From Thaumarchaeota archaeon UBA164 (GTDB lineage Archaea; Thermoproteota; Nitrososphaeria; Conexivisphaerales; UBA164), in assembly GCA_002499005.1 (NCBI GenBank), contig DAJU01000005.1, forward strand, positions 20,540 to 84,539: a stretch of 64,000 nucleotides of DNA, read 5' to 3'. Numbering within the stretch: position 1 is the stretch's first letter; the number at the start of each line of letters is the position of its first letter. Below, piece by piece: positions 16,987-26,669 of the stretch. A model generated the notes under the pieces. It saw nothing but the letters and a program-made list of their open reading frames with translations. It was not told the DNA's origin and did not search any database. The translations under genes and the position numbers were made by a program.

Positions 16987-18366
16987 TCAATACCTGAAGC
17001 CAAGCTGGAGCTGAATACGCTTTTCCATAACGAAATATCCATTGTCCCTGGAGATGAACGCGTACCAGGGCGCAAGCGACTCTACGAGCATGCCTATTCC
17101 TGCGTAGAACACATGAGGTATAAAGTCTATAGGCTCAAAGCCAACATAGCGCATGTGAATCATAAATGAGTCCTTTATTACAATAAACAAATAATACCCT
17201 GACACTATGGAGATCGCAAGCAGCGCCGGAGGCTCCATTACACCCAAGTAATGTGCTCCTATTACAGCCGCCACTATATTAATAGGGAGATACGCTACGT
17301 TCTCCATAAGATCCATAAGCTCTTTAACGCTAGATCCTATATCTACTGAGCCATTAAGATAGGCGTCGAGCTTGCCAACAAACCATCTCCTTCTTTGCTT
17401 AAGCATGTCGGCAAGCGTAGGAGGGCTAAGCTCATACGCAAAGCCTTCTAGAACGCCATACTTGGCAATCTTTGAAGCCCTGCTGTGGAATATGAAATCC
17501 TCCGCCAGAGCTTCCTTGAAGTCCCAACCTATTGAGTCCTCAACTAGGGCCTTTGTGATGAATCCTGACCCATGTTTGAGTATCTTTGGGGATATTGAAA
17601 TGTTTGTTACGTCAAGCGCGGATCTTACTGTTTCAAGATGCCCAACTATCCCGCCTTTCCATGCCAAGGGATAAACAACGGCGTTAACTCCAACATCACC
17701 CTTTTTGTTAATTATGAAGCCAATTATTCCTAATATCGTGTCTTCCCCGACAGCTGTCTCGTCATCATGGTGATATATCCAAGTCCTTGCTGCGTTGCCA
17801 AGCTGTCTGTTTATTCTGGCGTACTCTAACGCTCTGGCCTTATATGACGCTCCGTTCTTGGTTCTGAATCCCTGAGGCACGGCGATAAGCCTTACGCCTG
17901 AAGGAAGCGCCCGTTTTAACCTTTGCAAGGCATATTCCTCAGTTATAACCTCTACTTCGTATCTGACGTTTATGTTATATTTCCTGCTCACCTCTCTGTA
18001 CCAGTACTGTATTGACTCAACGGTGTTTTCCACAGCACCAATGTTGGTTCCTGATGTAACGATAGCGTGAACAACAACGTCCTCAAGCTTAGTATTTGAA
18101 AGCTTTTCAACGTCTATGCCCTTGAACGTAAATGGAAGCCTGGCCTTGCCGGCTATTCCAAGCATAACCAGCGGCATAAAAAGCAACCATATATACCTGA
18201 GCGGTGATCCAAGCTCGCCCCTTATTGGCGCAAAGAGGGCTATAATCGACGCTAGGAAAACCAGCGTGACCTCAACAAGCGAGCTCTTTACCAGCGCCTT
18301 AATTGTACTGTTGTACTTATCAACGGTAAACTCCACATAGCTTGGCAAAGCCTGGCGGCCTTTCAT
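16987..18366 (-). CDS. membrane-embedded family-2 glycosyltransferase (processive synthase type)
   Basis: TM helices at both the N- and C-terminus flank a GT2 core. Has HHDDETAV and the Q-x-x-R-W motif LKQRRRWFVG. Confidence 0.75.
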   Translation of the reverse strand: MKGRQALPSYVEFTVDKYNSTIKALVKSSLVEVTLVFLASIIALFAPIRGELGSPLRYIWLLFMPLVMLGIAGKARLPFTFKGIDVEKLSNTKLEDVVVHAIVTSGTNIGAVENTVESIQYWYREVSRKYNINVRYEVEVITEEYALQRLKRALPSGVRLIAVPQGFRTKNGASYKARALEYARINRQLGNAARTWIYHHDDETAVGEDTILGIIGFIINKKGDVGVNAVVYPLAWKGGIVGHLETVRSALDVTNISISPKILKHGSGFITKALVEDSIGWDFKEALAEDFIFHSRASKIAKYGVLEGFAYELSPPTLADMLKQRRRWFVGKLDAYLNGSVDIGSSVKELMDLMENVAYLPINIVAAVIGAHYLGVMEPPALLAISIVSGYYLFIVIKDSFMIHMRYVGFEPIDFIPHVFYAGIGMLVESLAPWYAFISRDNGYFVMEKRIQLQLGFRY

Positions 18367-18422
18367 GGCTCACCGCGCAACAACACTGTTTGTTTATCTT
18401 TTTATTTAAACGTTCATCTAAT

Positions 18423-20951
18423 TCATTCCTTTAAAACCCTTGTTACGCCGTTAACCTTTTCAAACTTGAAGATTGCGTCAACGCTTGCCTCTTCAAAAAT
18501 CTCTCTGTCATGCGTTATTATTATCATCTGCCTTATTGGGCCTTGTCCCGCGCTGAACCCAGAAATTATGCTGACAAGGGTCTTCTTTCTTTCTTCATCC
18601 AGGTAAACGGTTGGCTCATCAAGCACAATAAAGTCTATGTTGCCTGTGCCCATAAGCCTAGCCATCCCAAACCGCAGCGCAAGGGCAACGGCCACCTTTT
18701 CACCGCCGCTAAGGGATTCAACGGGCACCTCTCCATTGCCAGTAAAGCACCTGATGGAAGCTGATCTTCTTGATTCTTCCAGCTTTACTTCTGTTATGCC
18801 TATCCCAAACCTCCTTATATGTTCAGACGCATAAAGCGAAATCTCCCTTATCGCCCAGCTCCTGAAGCTCGTTGCAACCGCGCCATCCCTGTTAAACACA
18901 TCCTCCCTTATCCTTTCAAGCTCATTTATGTACCTGGCGGCCTCTTCAACCTTGGCCCTTGCTTCGTTTAAGGACTTGAGCTCGGCCTCCAGCTCAGCGG
19001 CCTCAGTTTCATAATGAGTTCTGCTAGTCTCAAACCTGTCAAGCGTTTCCTTGGCCTTATCCAGCGCGCTCTGAACCCTATTGTATTCTTCCTCTGAGTA
19101 GCCCTTTGACCTCTCCTCCTGCTCAGCCAGTTGCTTTATTAGTGCCTGTGCGTATTCGTCAATGGCCAGGTCGTTAACCGAGCGGGGGGAACTGGCGTGC
19201 TTAACAGCTTCAAGCAGGCCGCTCATTTCAGCCTCCAGCTTCTTTATGTCGTCTTCAGAAGTTATCGCGTTATCTTTAAGCCATGACCAAGCAAACTTCA
19301 TCTCTTCCACATTTTTCTGAAGTTCCTTTATATTCTGGGCAATTCTGGCGAATTCCTCACGGGCCCTGTTAAGCTTATTTGGCGCGTCCTTTATCTGCTC
19401 AGCCCTTTTGCTCTTTTCAGCCATCTCTGTCTTTAGCTCTTCAATTCTCCGGCCGGCCTGCTCAACCTTGGCCCTGTAATCCGCTATGCTTTTTTCCAAA
19501 AGCTCCAGCCGTTTTATCGTTTCCTCATGCTTATGAACTTCAGCCACTACCGCTTCAAGTCTTTTTATTTTGTCATCATAAGCCTTTATTTCATCTTCCA
19601 GCTTGCTCAGCTGAAGCCTTGTAGTGTTTATTTTTTCATATATGTTTATGGCCTTGGCGTCTGAGCCACACGTTGGGCATCTCCCGCTTTCTGCTATAAG
19701 CTCGTAGTCATCAATCTTCCGCCTAAGCGACCCCCTTTGCTCCAGCGCTTCATCCTTCATTTTCCTTAGCCGTTGAAGCTCATCCTCGACGTCTCCGTGA
19801 ACCTGCGGAGGAGGTATGGCCCTGAGCTTTTCAACTTCAGTCTCGTACTCGAGTATCGTCCTCTCCAGGTCTTCTTTAGCTTTTATGTAGCTGTTAAGTT
19901 CATGCTCGATGCTCTTCAGCCTTTCACTCAGGTTCCTGTACTCGCTTGCTTCAGCCGCAAGGGCCTCAATACTCTCTCGCGCCTTTTCAGCTTCGTTTTC
20001 AGTGGCTTCAAGCTTGGCTTTTGCATCCTCAAGCCCTGACGCAAGCGCGATGTATCTCCTTGCAGTCCTTGCTTTTCTTTCAAGCTCCTCAGCCCTTTGG
20101 CTCATTTCCTTCAGCCTTTTCGCAACGTACCCTTCAAGGCTTCTTTTAATTTCATCAGCCTTCATCCTGGCCTCCCTCATAGGGACAAGCCTTTCAAGCT
20201 CCCCTTTTAACTTCTCAAGCTCCTTCCTTGCGGCCTCAGCGCCGGCACCTGCCTCGCTGGCGCGTCTTTTTGTTTCCTCAAGCCTTGCATTTGTGCTTTC
20301 TATGTCGGCAACCAGCTGCTGGTAGTTTCTATCATCGTATTTGCCCATGCATTCGTTCCTTAGCCTTTCCCTGAAAAGCTCAATGGCGTCCTTCATGTTT
20401 TTGTAAGCTTCATCGAGCCTTTCTATGCCTATTATTGAATCTATAAGCTCCTTAAATTCAGCAGGCCTGTACCTGAGAAGGCTGTCAAGTTCGCCTTGCT
20501 GTATTATAGCCGCAACCCTGAGCCTCTCATAATCAAGTCCTAGTATCTTGGAAACCCTTTCTGAAACAGATTCCCCCATCTGCCTTCTTTCTCCGGCTAC
20601 AATAAGGGCATCCCGGGGCTGAACCTCTCTCAGTATCGCGCTTATAAGCCTCCCTGTTGAGTCTAGCCTTCTTTCAACCCTGTACTTGTTGCCACCTACA
20701 TCAATAGTTACTGAGGCCATTGCTGAGGAGGACCCTCTTCTTACCAGATCCTTATCGCTTTCCCTTGTATGCATGCCAAAAAGCGCATATGTTATTGCAT
20801 CTATAACAGACGACTTGCCAGTTCCGTTGTTGCCTATAAAGACGTTAACGCCTTCCTCAAGTTCAATGTTTGTTTCGCCATGAGAAAGGAAGTTATACAT
20901 GTTAACGCTGTCTATCAAGGCTATGCCCTCCGCACACCGTGAACTTGGCAT
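18423..20951 (-). CDS. rad50: DNA double-strand break repair ATPase Rad50
   Basis: Walker A GNNGTGKSS, a long coiled coil with the zinc hook GRCPTCGS, signature LSGGEK and Walker B FIVLDEPT. Confidence 0.95.
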   Translation of the reverse strand: MPSSRCAEGIALIDSVNMYNFLSHGETNIELEEGVNVFIGNNGTGKSSVIDAITYALFGMHTRESDKDLVRRGSSSAMASVTIDVGGNKYRVERRLDSTGRLISAILREVQPRDALIVAGERRQMGESVSERVSKILGLDYERLRVAAIIQQGELDSLLRYRPAEFKELIDSIIGIERLDEAYKNMKDAIELFRERLRNECMGKYDDRNYQQLVADIESTNARLEETKRRASEAGAGAEAARKELEKLKGELERLVPMREARMKADEIKRSLEGYVAKRLKEMSQRAEELERKARTARRYIALASGLEDAKAKLEATENEAEKARESIEALAAEASEYRNLSERLKSIEHELNSYIKAKEDLERTILEYETEVEKLRAIPPPQVHGDVEDELQRLRKMKDEALEQRGSLRRKIDDYELIAESGRCPTCGSDAKAINIYEKINTTRLQLSKLEDEIKAYDDKIKRLEAVVAEVHKHEETIKRLELLEKSIADYRAKVEQAGRRIEELKTEMAEKSKRAEQIKDAPNKLNRAREEFARIAQNIKELQKNVEEMKFAWSWLKDNAITSEDDIKKLEAEMSGLLEAVKHASSPRSVNDLAIDEYAQALIKQLAEQEERSKGYSEEEYNRVQSALDKAKETLDRFETSRTHYETEAAELEAELKSLNEARAKVEEAARYINELERIREDVFNRDGAVATSFRSWAIREISLYASEHIRRFGIGITEVKLEESRRSASIRCFTGNGEVPVESLSGGEKVAVALALRFGMARLMGTGNIDFIVLDEPTVYLDEERKKTLVSIISGFSAGQGPIRQMIIITHDREIFEEASVDAIFKFEKVNGVTRVLKE

Positions 20952-20961
20952 TTAATTTTTC

Positions 20962-22098
20962 TCATTGGTCATCTGCCCTCTTCAGGCGTCTGGTGTAAAG
21001 TTCCCACATCAGGTCGGCTGCTTCCTTTGAGCCGCCGCCTGAGAGACGGGGCAAAAGCTCTTCAAGGGCAAACTTGGCCATCTCCTCGTTTTTCAGGACT
21101 TGGGAAGCTATCCTGTAGATCTCCTCAGTTACATCAGCTGGCCTGTTTATGGTGATTGGGGACGGCTCGCCAACTTCTGTTATTTCAGGTTCACAATAAA
21201 GGGCCGCCCTTGCTATTTTGCCAACAAGGGCCCTTGCCATTTCCTCCTCAGAGCCATTGACCCTGACTTCGACCTTAACCAGAGGCCTCTTTTCCAGCGA
21301 TGTTATCCTGTTTAGTATCTGTTCAACATCGTTCTGAAGCTCTTCATATGTAAGGGAGTAGCTTATCCTCGGCCTCACGCTTTTTAACTTTACCCACTGG
21401 AGCGAGGGCTCGTCCTTGGACAGGTCAACAAAGTAAAATCCCTTTTCAGAGTCCTTTATCCCTTCGACAGAAGTTGCTTCAAGCGAACCAGGGTAGGCTA
21501 CAATCGCGCCGTTTGCAAGCCTTTTATCGCCTTTATCGTGCAGGTGGCCCATTGCGTAGTACGTAAACCCAGATGGAAGGTCTGCCTCTGATATTTCGCC
21601 GGCGTATCTATGAAACTCAAGCAAAGCTTGATGCAGGACAAGCACGCCTTTCCTGTCCTTAATGGCCCTTCCCGCGGCTTCAAGCTTGCCCTTTAGAGAA
21701 GTAAGCTCCGTCCTTCTGTGTTTGTGAAACCCTATAAATGTGATTCCGTTGTACTCCCGTGGCACGCCATCTCCTATGTAATCGGCTAATCCTATTGTTG
21801 AAAACAGAAACGCGGACGGCCTGTCAGCGATTCTGCTGATATCGTGCTCGCCCAATGTAAAAAACGCCTTTATCCCTGCGTTGGTAAGCCTTTTTAACCC
21901 ATCTAAGAACTCAAGGAGCGCCTGGCCGGGTGGCCTTGGCACGTCAAACAGGTCTCCTGAATGAACAACCGCATCAACATGCTCTTTAATAATGATTTCA
22001 ATTGCCTCTTCAAAGGCTTCATAAAAGTCCTTTTCCCTCTCCGGTAACCCATAAGGTGATGCGCCAAGATGGCTGTCTGATATATGAGCAATCAGCAT
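20962..22098 (-). CDS. mre11: DNA repair nuclease Mre11
   Basis: Phosphoesterase motifs AHISDSHLG, HSGDLFD, GEHD (a variant of GNHD) and GHLH. Confidence 0.93.
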   Translation of the reverse strand: MLIAHISDSHLGASPYGLPEREKDFYEAFEEAIEIIIKEHVDAVVHSGDLFDVPRPPGQALLEFLDGLKRLTNAGIKAFFTLGEHDISRIADRPSAFLFSTIGLADYIGDGVPREYNGITFIGFHKHRRTELTSLKGKLEAAGRAIKDRKGVLVLHQALLEFHRYAGEISEADLPSGFTYYAMGHLHDKGDKRLANGAIVAYPGSLEATSVEGIKDSEKGFYFVDLSKDEPSLQWVKLKSVRPRISYSLTYEELQNDVEQILNRITSLEKRPLVKVEVRVNGSEEEMARALVGKIARAALYCEPEITEVGEPSPITINRPADVTEEIYRIASQVLKNEEMAKFALEELLPRLSGGGSKEAADLMWELYTRRLKRADDQ

Positions 22099-23613
22099 CT
22101 ATATTCCACCCATGAGTTCCTCCGTGCTTTCGCCTGATGATTCAGAGCGATAGACGTCCTCCCAGTTTGATGCCGCGTCTATATCTGTTCCCATTATCTT
22201 TTCGCTTACACGATCTATTTTAACCAGCGTCGGAACGCTTACCCATTGACCAAGCAGTATTGCTTCGCCAACGTTAAGGGCAGGGAGATTTCTTGCAAGC
22301 CTTTCGCTCACCAGCTCAGTCGAGCTAACTACATAATCCTGATCGCGGGGTTGTGTTATTCTCATAATGGCCAAAGACCCCATCTGGCTTAAAACGTCTT
22401 GGTTAAGCCTGCTTGGCCTCTGAGAGACAACAAGCAGAGATACCCCAAACTTTCTGCCCTCTCTGGCCACCTTTGCGGCCGCCTCTATGGCATCTGACCT
22501 TGGACCCTGGTCCTCTATAGGCAAAAACACGTGCGCCTCCTCTATCGCTATTATCACAGGTGCCCTGAACTTAGCTCCCTTGTAGCCCTTCTTTGCCGCC
22601 TTTCTCTGTTCAAGCACCTCAGATATATAATAAGAAAGTATCAAGGATGCTTGAGATGTTGTAAGGCTTGAAAGGTCAACTATATTTATCCATCCTTCCT
22701 TTATCTGCGCAAGCGGGTCCTCCAAGGTTGGATCAAGGACCATGCCGTACCTGGCCCTTCCCCTTTCCAGCACTTCAATAAGCCTGGCTGCAACCCTGGA
22801 GCTTTCTCTGTCAGTCCCGTTTTCTATTTCTTCAAGCGCATGATGAAGTTGTTCCCAGAAATCCCTTAATGACGCCCTGACCCTGTTGTCATTAAACGCG
22901 TTTCTCAGCACGTCTCTCTGTCTTGTGGCATGTGCTGGCATGTCAAGCATGTCGGCGAACTCATCTGAAGAAAGAACCTTGGGGTTTATCTTCGGCTCAA
23001 CGTGTTGGGCCCTTTCAAAGCTTACGCCTCCGTACTCGCCGTGGTAATCAAACAAAACCATTGTCCCGTGCAGCTCGCTTATGCGCTTTGCAAGCAGCGC
23101 CAGCAGGTTTGACTTTCCGCTCCCTGTAGCAGCAAGTATGGCAAGATGCCTTGAAGCGATCTTGTTGATGTTGACGTAAACCGGAACAGGCTGCTCATGC
23201 GCCCTCAGCAGGACGCCGACCCGTACATAGCCCTTTTCCTGCCTTCCAAACACAGAGCTCAGTTCCTCATAAGTGGCCTCATATACTGGCGAGCCTGGCT
23301 CAGGAGGCACCGAAGGTATGTATGACTCACCTTTCTTCAGCATGTCCAAAACTCCAAGTACCCTCACAGTAGCCCTGTAGCTTTTGTCCCTGGGATTTGC
23401 CTTTGTTGCCTCCCACGCTTCAACTACGCTTGAATAATCGCTAACTATGTTTATCACCTTGTTTTCAATCGTGCTGTCTTCAACCATTCCAAGCACGACG
23501 CCTTCCTGGGTATGTGCAATAACGTACTCCCCCATCCTGGCAGGCCTGCTAAACAGCGCGTCAAAAAGGTCCGGTCTGGCCTCGCCTACAACGGCGCCAA
23601 TCTGCTGGCTCAT
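22099..23613 (-). CDS. herA: bipolar DNA helicase HerA
   Basis: 504 aa. Walker A LAATGSGKSN, Walker B-like IIAIEEAH. Sits between nurA and mre11. Confidence 0.9.
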   Translation of the reverse strand: MSQQIGAVVGEARPDLFDALFSRPARMGEYVIAHTQEGVVLGMVEDSTIENKVINIVSDYSSVVEAWEATKANPRDKSYRATVRVLGVLDMLKKGESYIPSVPPEPGSPVYEATYEELSSVFGRQEKGYVRVGVLLRAHEQPVPVYVNINKIASRHLAILAATGSGKSNLLALLAKRISELHGTMVLFDYHGEYGGVSFERAQHVEPKINPKVLSSDEFADMLDMPAHATRQRDVLRNAFNDNRVRASLRDFWEQLHHALEEIENGTDRESSRVAARLIEVLERGRARYGMVLDPTLEDPLAQIKEGWINIVDLSSLTTSQASLILSYYISEVLEQRKAAKKGYKGAKFRAPVIIAIEEAHVFLPIEDQGPRSDAIEAAAKVAREGRKFGVSLLVVSQRPSRLNQDVLSQMGSLAIMRITQPRDQDYVVSSTELVSERLARNLPALNVGEAILLGQWVSVPTLVKIDRVSEKIMGTDIDAASNWEDVYRSESSGESTEELMGGI

Positions 23614-24482
23614 TCCCAGAGCACCTCCCTGGCTCCTTCTTCATAAGAAAGGCCAAGAAGCCCCACAAGCACTTTAAGTTCATCATTTGTCACCTTGCAC
23701 TGCCTGTGGGCCTCAAGGAGGACGTACGGATAGCCGTTTATCGGCTTCCATGCAAGCATATCCAGTAACCTTTTGACTTCTTCCTGATTAACGTTTCCCG
23801 GCATCTCTATTCGTATAACTGGTGAATGATCAGAAAGCCTTGCATAAATGAAGCTAAGTCCAAGGTCATTTATTGGCTTTGGAGCTGAAAATCCCGCAGA
23901 CGTAGTTAAATGATGGAAGTAATACATGTCGCCAACTGGGCCATTAAGTAGGGTTCCGCTTGCAGAGTACTTTGCGATAAACACCACATTTCCTCGCTTC
24001 AACAGATTCCTCACTAGGCCAGAAAGATCGTTTTCAACAACTCCTTTATGCCTGTTATAGTACCTGGCAAGCAGGGAGCCGTCAAGCAGCACAAGCTCGT
24101 CCCTAACTTCTTCCGCAAGCTCCTTTTCAAATTCCATCCCAATGCTTTCAAGAAAAAGGCCTGGGTTATGCATGCCGGTGTCCCTATCCCTGTCCCTGAC
24201 CCTGACCTCCATTGTGCCTATGTTCGCTTCAAACCTCTTTCCTACGGTTTCACCAGCAAGATTGGTTGCCACTGCATCTATTGCATAAAAGTAAAAGCCA
24301 TGAAATGGTGTGTAATTCCAACCGCTATCTATGCCTGTCTGCTCAGCGCTCCTGGGGGATGGGCTGTAGCTTATCCACAGCTCTTTAGCCCTTTTTGTTG
24401 CATCGCTGTCTTGCTGCAGTGAGATGTTTGATACTATTTTTTCCCGGTTTTCAGTTACAAACCTGTATAAATCGGTAATCAA
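23610..24482 (-). CDS. nurA: 5'-3' nuclease NurA
   Basis: NurA-domain pattern (IDSGWN..., LVLLDGSLLARYY). 4-nt overlap with herA. TTG start. Confidence 0.8.
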   Translation of the reverse strand: MITDLYRFVTENREKIVSNISLQQDSDATKRAKELWISYSPSPRSAEQTGIDSGWNYTPFHGFYFYAIDAVATNLAGETVGKRFEANIGTMEVRVRDRDRDTGMHNPGLFLESIGMEFEKELAEEVRDELVLLDGSLLARYYNRHKGVVENDLSGLVRNLLKRGNVVFIAKYSASGTLLNGPVGDMYYFHHLTTSAGFSAPKPINDLGLSFIYARLSDHSPVIRIEMPGNVNQEEVKRLLDMLAWKPINGYPYVLLEAHRQCKVTNDELKVLVGLLGLSYEEGAREVLWE

Positions 24483-24502
24483 TATAGAAGATATTTGTTT
24501 TT

Positions 24503-24513
24503 CATATATTTAA
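24503..24513 (-). promoter_or_regulatory. TATA-box-like element upstream of nurA
   Basis: The minus strand reads TTAAATATATG about 21-31 nt upstream of the nurA TTG start. Confidence 0.4.
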
Positions 24514-24528
24514 GCTTTGAGCTATGAG

Positions 24529-25455
24529 TCATTTCATGATTGACATTACAAAAAGCCCAACAAAGAGAGCCGCAGCTACCCAGTCTCCTGGCGTCATTTT
24601 AAAGTCATGGTAAAACGTTCTGCGCTTGCTTGCCCGAAATCCTCTAACGTTAGCTGCAAGGGCTATGTTCTCTGCGGATCTTAAGACGTCTATTATGAAG
24701 TCCGCAAGGATGAGCGCAAGATAATACGGCGCATATATCCATCTTGCAGGTCTTCCCTTTGGGGCAAAATAGTACACAAACCCCCTTGCAAAAAGGACTT
24801 CCTTTAGGTTTGAAGCGACGTCCATGATCTTTGGAATTGATATAAGAGCTAGGGTCATCGCAAACGCAAGCTCGTACGGAACCTTCGACTTGACCATGCT
24901 TGTAAGTATATCTGATGGAGATGACGTAAACACCAGGATAAATGTGGAGGCTATTGCAACAAGCGCCGTCAGGCTGCTTGCAGCCCCATATTCAAAGCCA
25001 AGAAGGCTTAACCCATTTACTCCAAGCTCAGGATGCGCAAACAGAACCTTTGGGCCAGGAATGGTGAACCTAGAAAACTCCCTATGGAACATTATTGCCG
25101 ACGTCCATGCTGAAGGAACAGCAACGGAAAGCATGAGCAACAGGACAAATCTGAGGTTTTTGCCCCTATTATTCATGAACGCGTAAACGGCAAGCGTAGC
25201 TACCAGCACTATAATCCCTGCGTAGAGCCCGAGGGCGCTTGCAAGCGCAGGTGCCGCAACAGCATAAAGGAACTTTACCCTGGGGTCAGCTCTGTAGATA
25301 AACGAATTTCCCCCTGAATACGCAAATATAGAGGCATAGCCCTTTGCCCCAATGGCTATCCACAGTATGTAAAACGCAAACGCTATAGGAAACAGGATTA
25401 TCAAGAGGGCAAGCAGGCCCATCGCTGCCGGCGGCAGGTTAATCAGTAGCTGCAC
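24529..25455 (-). CDS. EcfT/CbiQ-like transmembrane component of an energy-coupling-factor transporter (orphan)
   Basis: 308 aa polytopic protein with two coupling-helix A-R-G-type motifs (EVLFARGF and LAANVRGFRASKRRTFY). No EcfA ATPase gene is adjacent. Confidence 0.6.
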   Translation of the reverse strand: MQLLINLPPAAMGLLALLIILFPIAFAFYILWIAIGAKGYASIFAYSGGNSFIYRADPRVKFLYAVAAPALASALGLYAGIIVLVATLAVYAFMNNRGKNLRFVLLLMLSVAVPSAWTSAIMFHREFSRFTIPGPKVLFAHPELGVNGLSLLGFEYGAASSLTALVAIASTFILVFTSSPSDILTSMVKSKVPYELAFAMTLALISIPKIMDVASNLKEVLFARGFVYYFAPKGRPARWIYAPYYLALILADFIIDVLRSAENIALAANVRGFRASKRRTFYHDFKMTPGDWVAAALFVGLFVMSIMK

Positions 25456-25601
25456 ATAATGAATAGAAGTAATAACAGTTTATAAGCTTTTTATAGTAAG
25501 CACCCCAGGCTTTCAGCCTTCTTGCAATTAATTTATTAAGTATATTTTTTGGCAAAAATTAAACATACAAGTTTAAATAAACGGCGCTTGGATGTAATGG
25601 C

Positions 25602-26669
25602 ATGCGGACCACATATGCGCTGTTGATAGCCGTTCTGTTTCTTATTGCAGGGCTGTCAGGGGGATACTACGCTGGCTCTGAAAGCGCTCCACATGGCACC
25701 CAGGGCCTTAACCTTATAGCGGCTTCGCTTTATGCGCCATATGCATCGCAGGTTCTAAACGCAACCGGTGAGCCGGGCTCAGTTACCGCCATGGGATCCG
25801 TCGCCGCGGCACGGCAGGTTCTTTTGGCACCATCGCATTACGCCATTTTCATTTCAGTTGATCCTGCAGTTATAGAGGACCTGCTCGTGCCACAGGGACA
25901 GGCGCAGTGGTACGTAGCTATAGCCGGGGATCAGATGGTGATAGGCGTCTCACGGCTTTCGCCCGCGTTTTCAGAAATAAGCGAGCTCAACGCCAGTCTT
26001 TACAGGGCAATCTTAAGTGGAAACACAACTGCGGAGCAGATTTACCTTTCTAAGATACTCAGCATAGTCCTGTCAGGCAAGTACGCCGTGGGGACATCTA
26101 ATCCAAACACAGATCCTGAAGGTTATCGTGCTCTTATGATGCTGCAGCTTTCAGGGCTGTGGATTTACAACAACATAAGCGCCTACCAATCTAGGTTTTA
26201 TTCGCTAAACTCAACGGGCTTAGTGTACGAAGTTCCTCAGGGATCAGCTCTCTTTTCCTATCTTGACACTGGGAAGATAAGCTTTGACATAGCGCTTTAT
26301 CTTTCTTCTGCAAAAGAGCAGAAGGTGCCGTACGTTCTGTTGCCATATCAGGTAAACCTGGGCTCTGGCAATTACTCCGAGTTTTATTCAAAGGCTGAAG
26401 TGCCAATAACTGTGCAAGGCAAGACGGTAGCGTTGCATGGCGCACCAATCTACATTTGTTTTACAATACCAGAGGGCTATAAGGATAAATCCCTAGCAGC
26501 TTCAGTAGCGCTATATATGATATCCCCATCAGGCATGGAGGATCTCAGAAGGTACGGCGCGGAACCGCTTCCACAGGCAATACTGTACGGAAACCTAAGC
26601 TCGGTTCCTTATCCACTGTCGGCGTTCATTAATAGCAGCGTGCTTGCATATGGAGGACCTGTCAATTAA
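25602..26669 (+). CDS. tungstate/molybdate-type ABC transporter substrate-binding protein (WtpA/ModA-like)
   Basis: N-terminal membrane anchor, then an SBP fold containing SNPNTDPEGYRALMMLQL, which resembles the oxyanion-binding motif of WtpA/ModA proteins. Confidence 0.7.
   Translation: MRTTYALLIAVLFLIAGLSGGYYAGSESAPHGTQGLNLIAASLYAPYASQVLNATGEPGSVTAMGSVAAARQVLLAPSHYAIFISVDPAVIEDLLVPQGQAQWYVAIAGDQMVIGVSRLSPAFSEISELNASLYRAILSGNTTAEQIYLSKILSIVLSGKYAVGTSNPNTDPEGYRALMMLQLSGLWIYNNISAYQSRFYSLNSTGLVYEVPQGSALFSYLDTGKISFDIALYLSSAKEQKVPYVLLPYQVNLGSGNYSEFYSKAEVPITVQGKTVALHGAPIYICFTIPEGYKDKSLAASVALYMISPSGMEDLRRYGAEPLPQAILYGNLSSVPYPLSAFINSSVLAYGGPVN

Noticed and set aside
19379-20325. Several plus-strand ORFs of 67-138 aa inside rad50, and similar antisense ORFs inside the Mo-hydroxylase, herA and aIF2-gamma genes.
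   Set aside because: These are shadow ORFs antisense to confidently identified genes. They have low-complexity S/L/A/F-rich translations typical of the reverse frame of coiled-coil, Glu/Lys-rich coding sequence.
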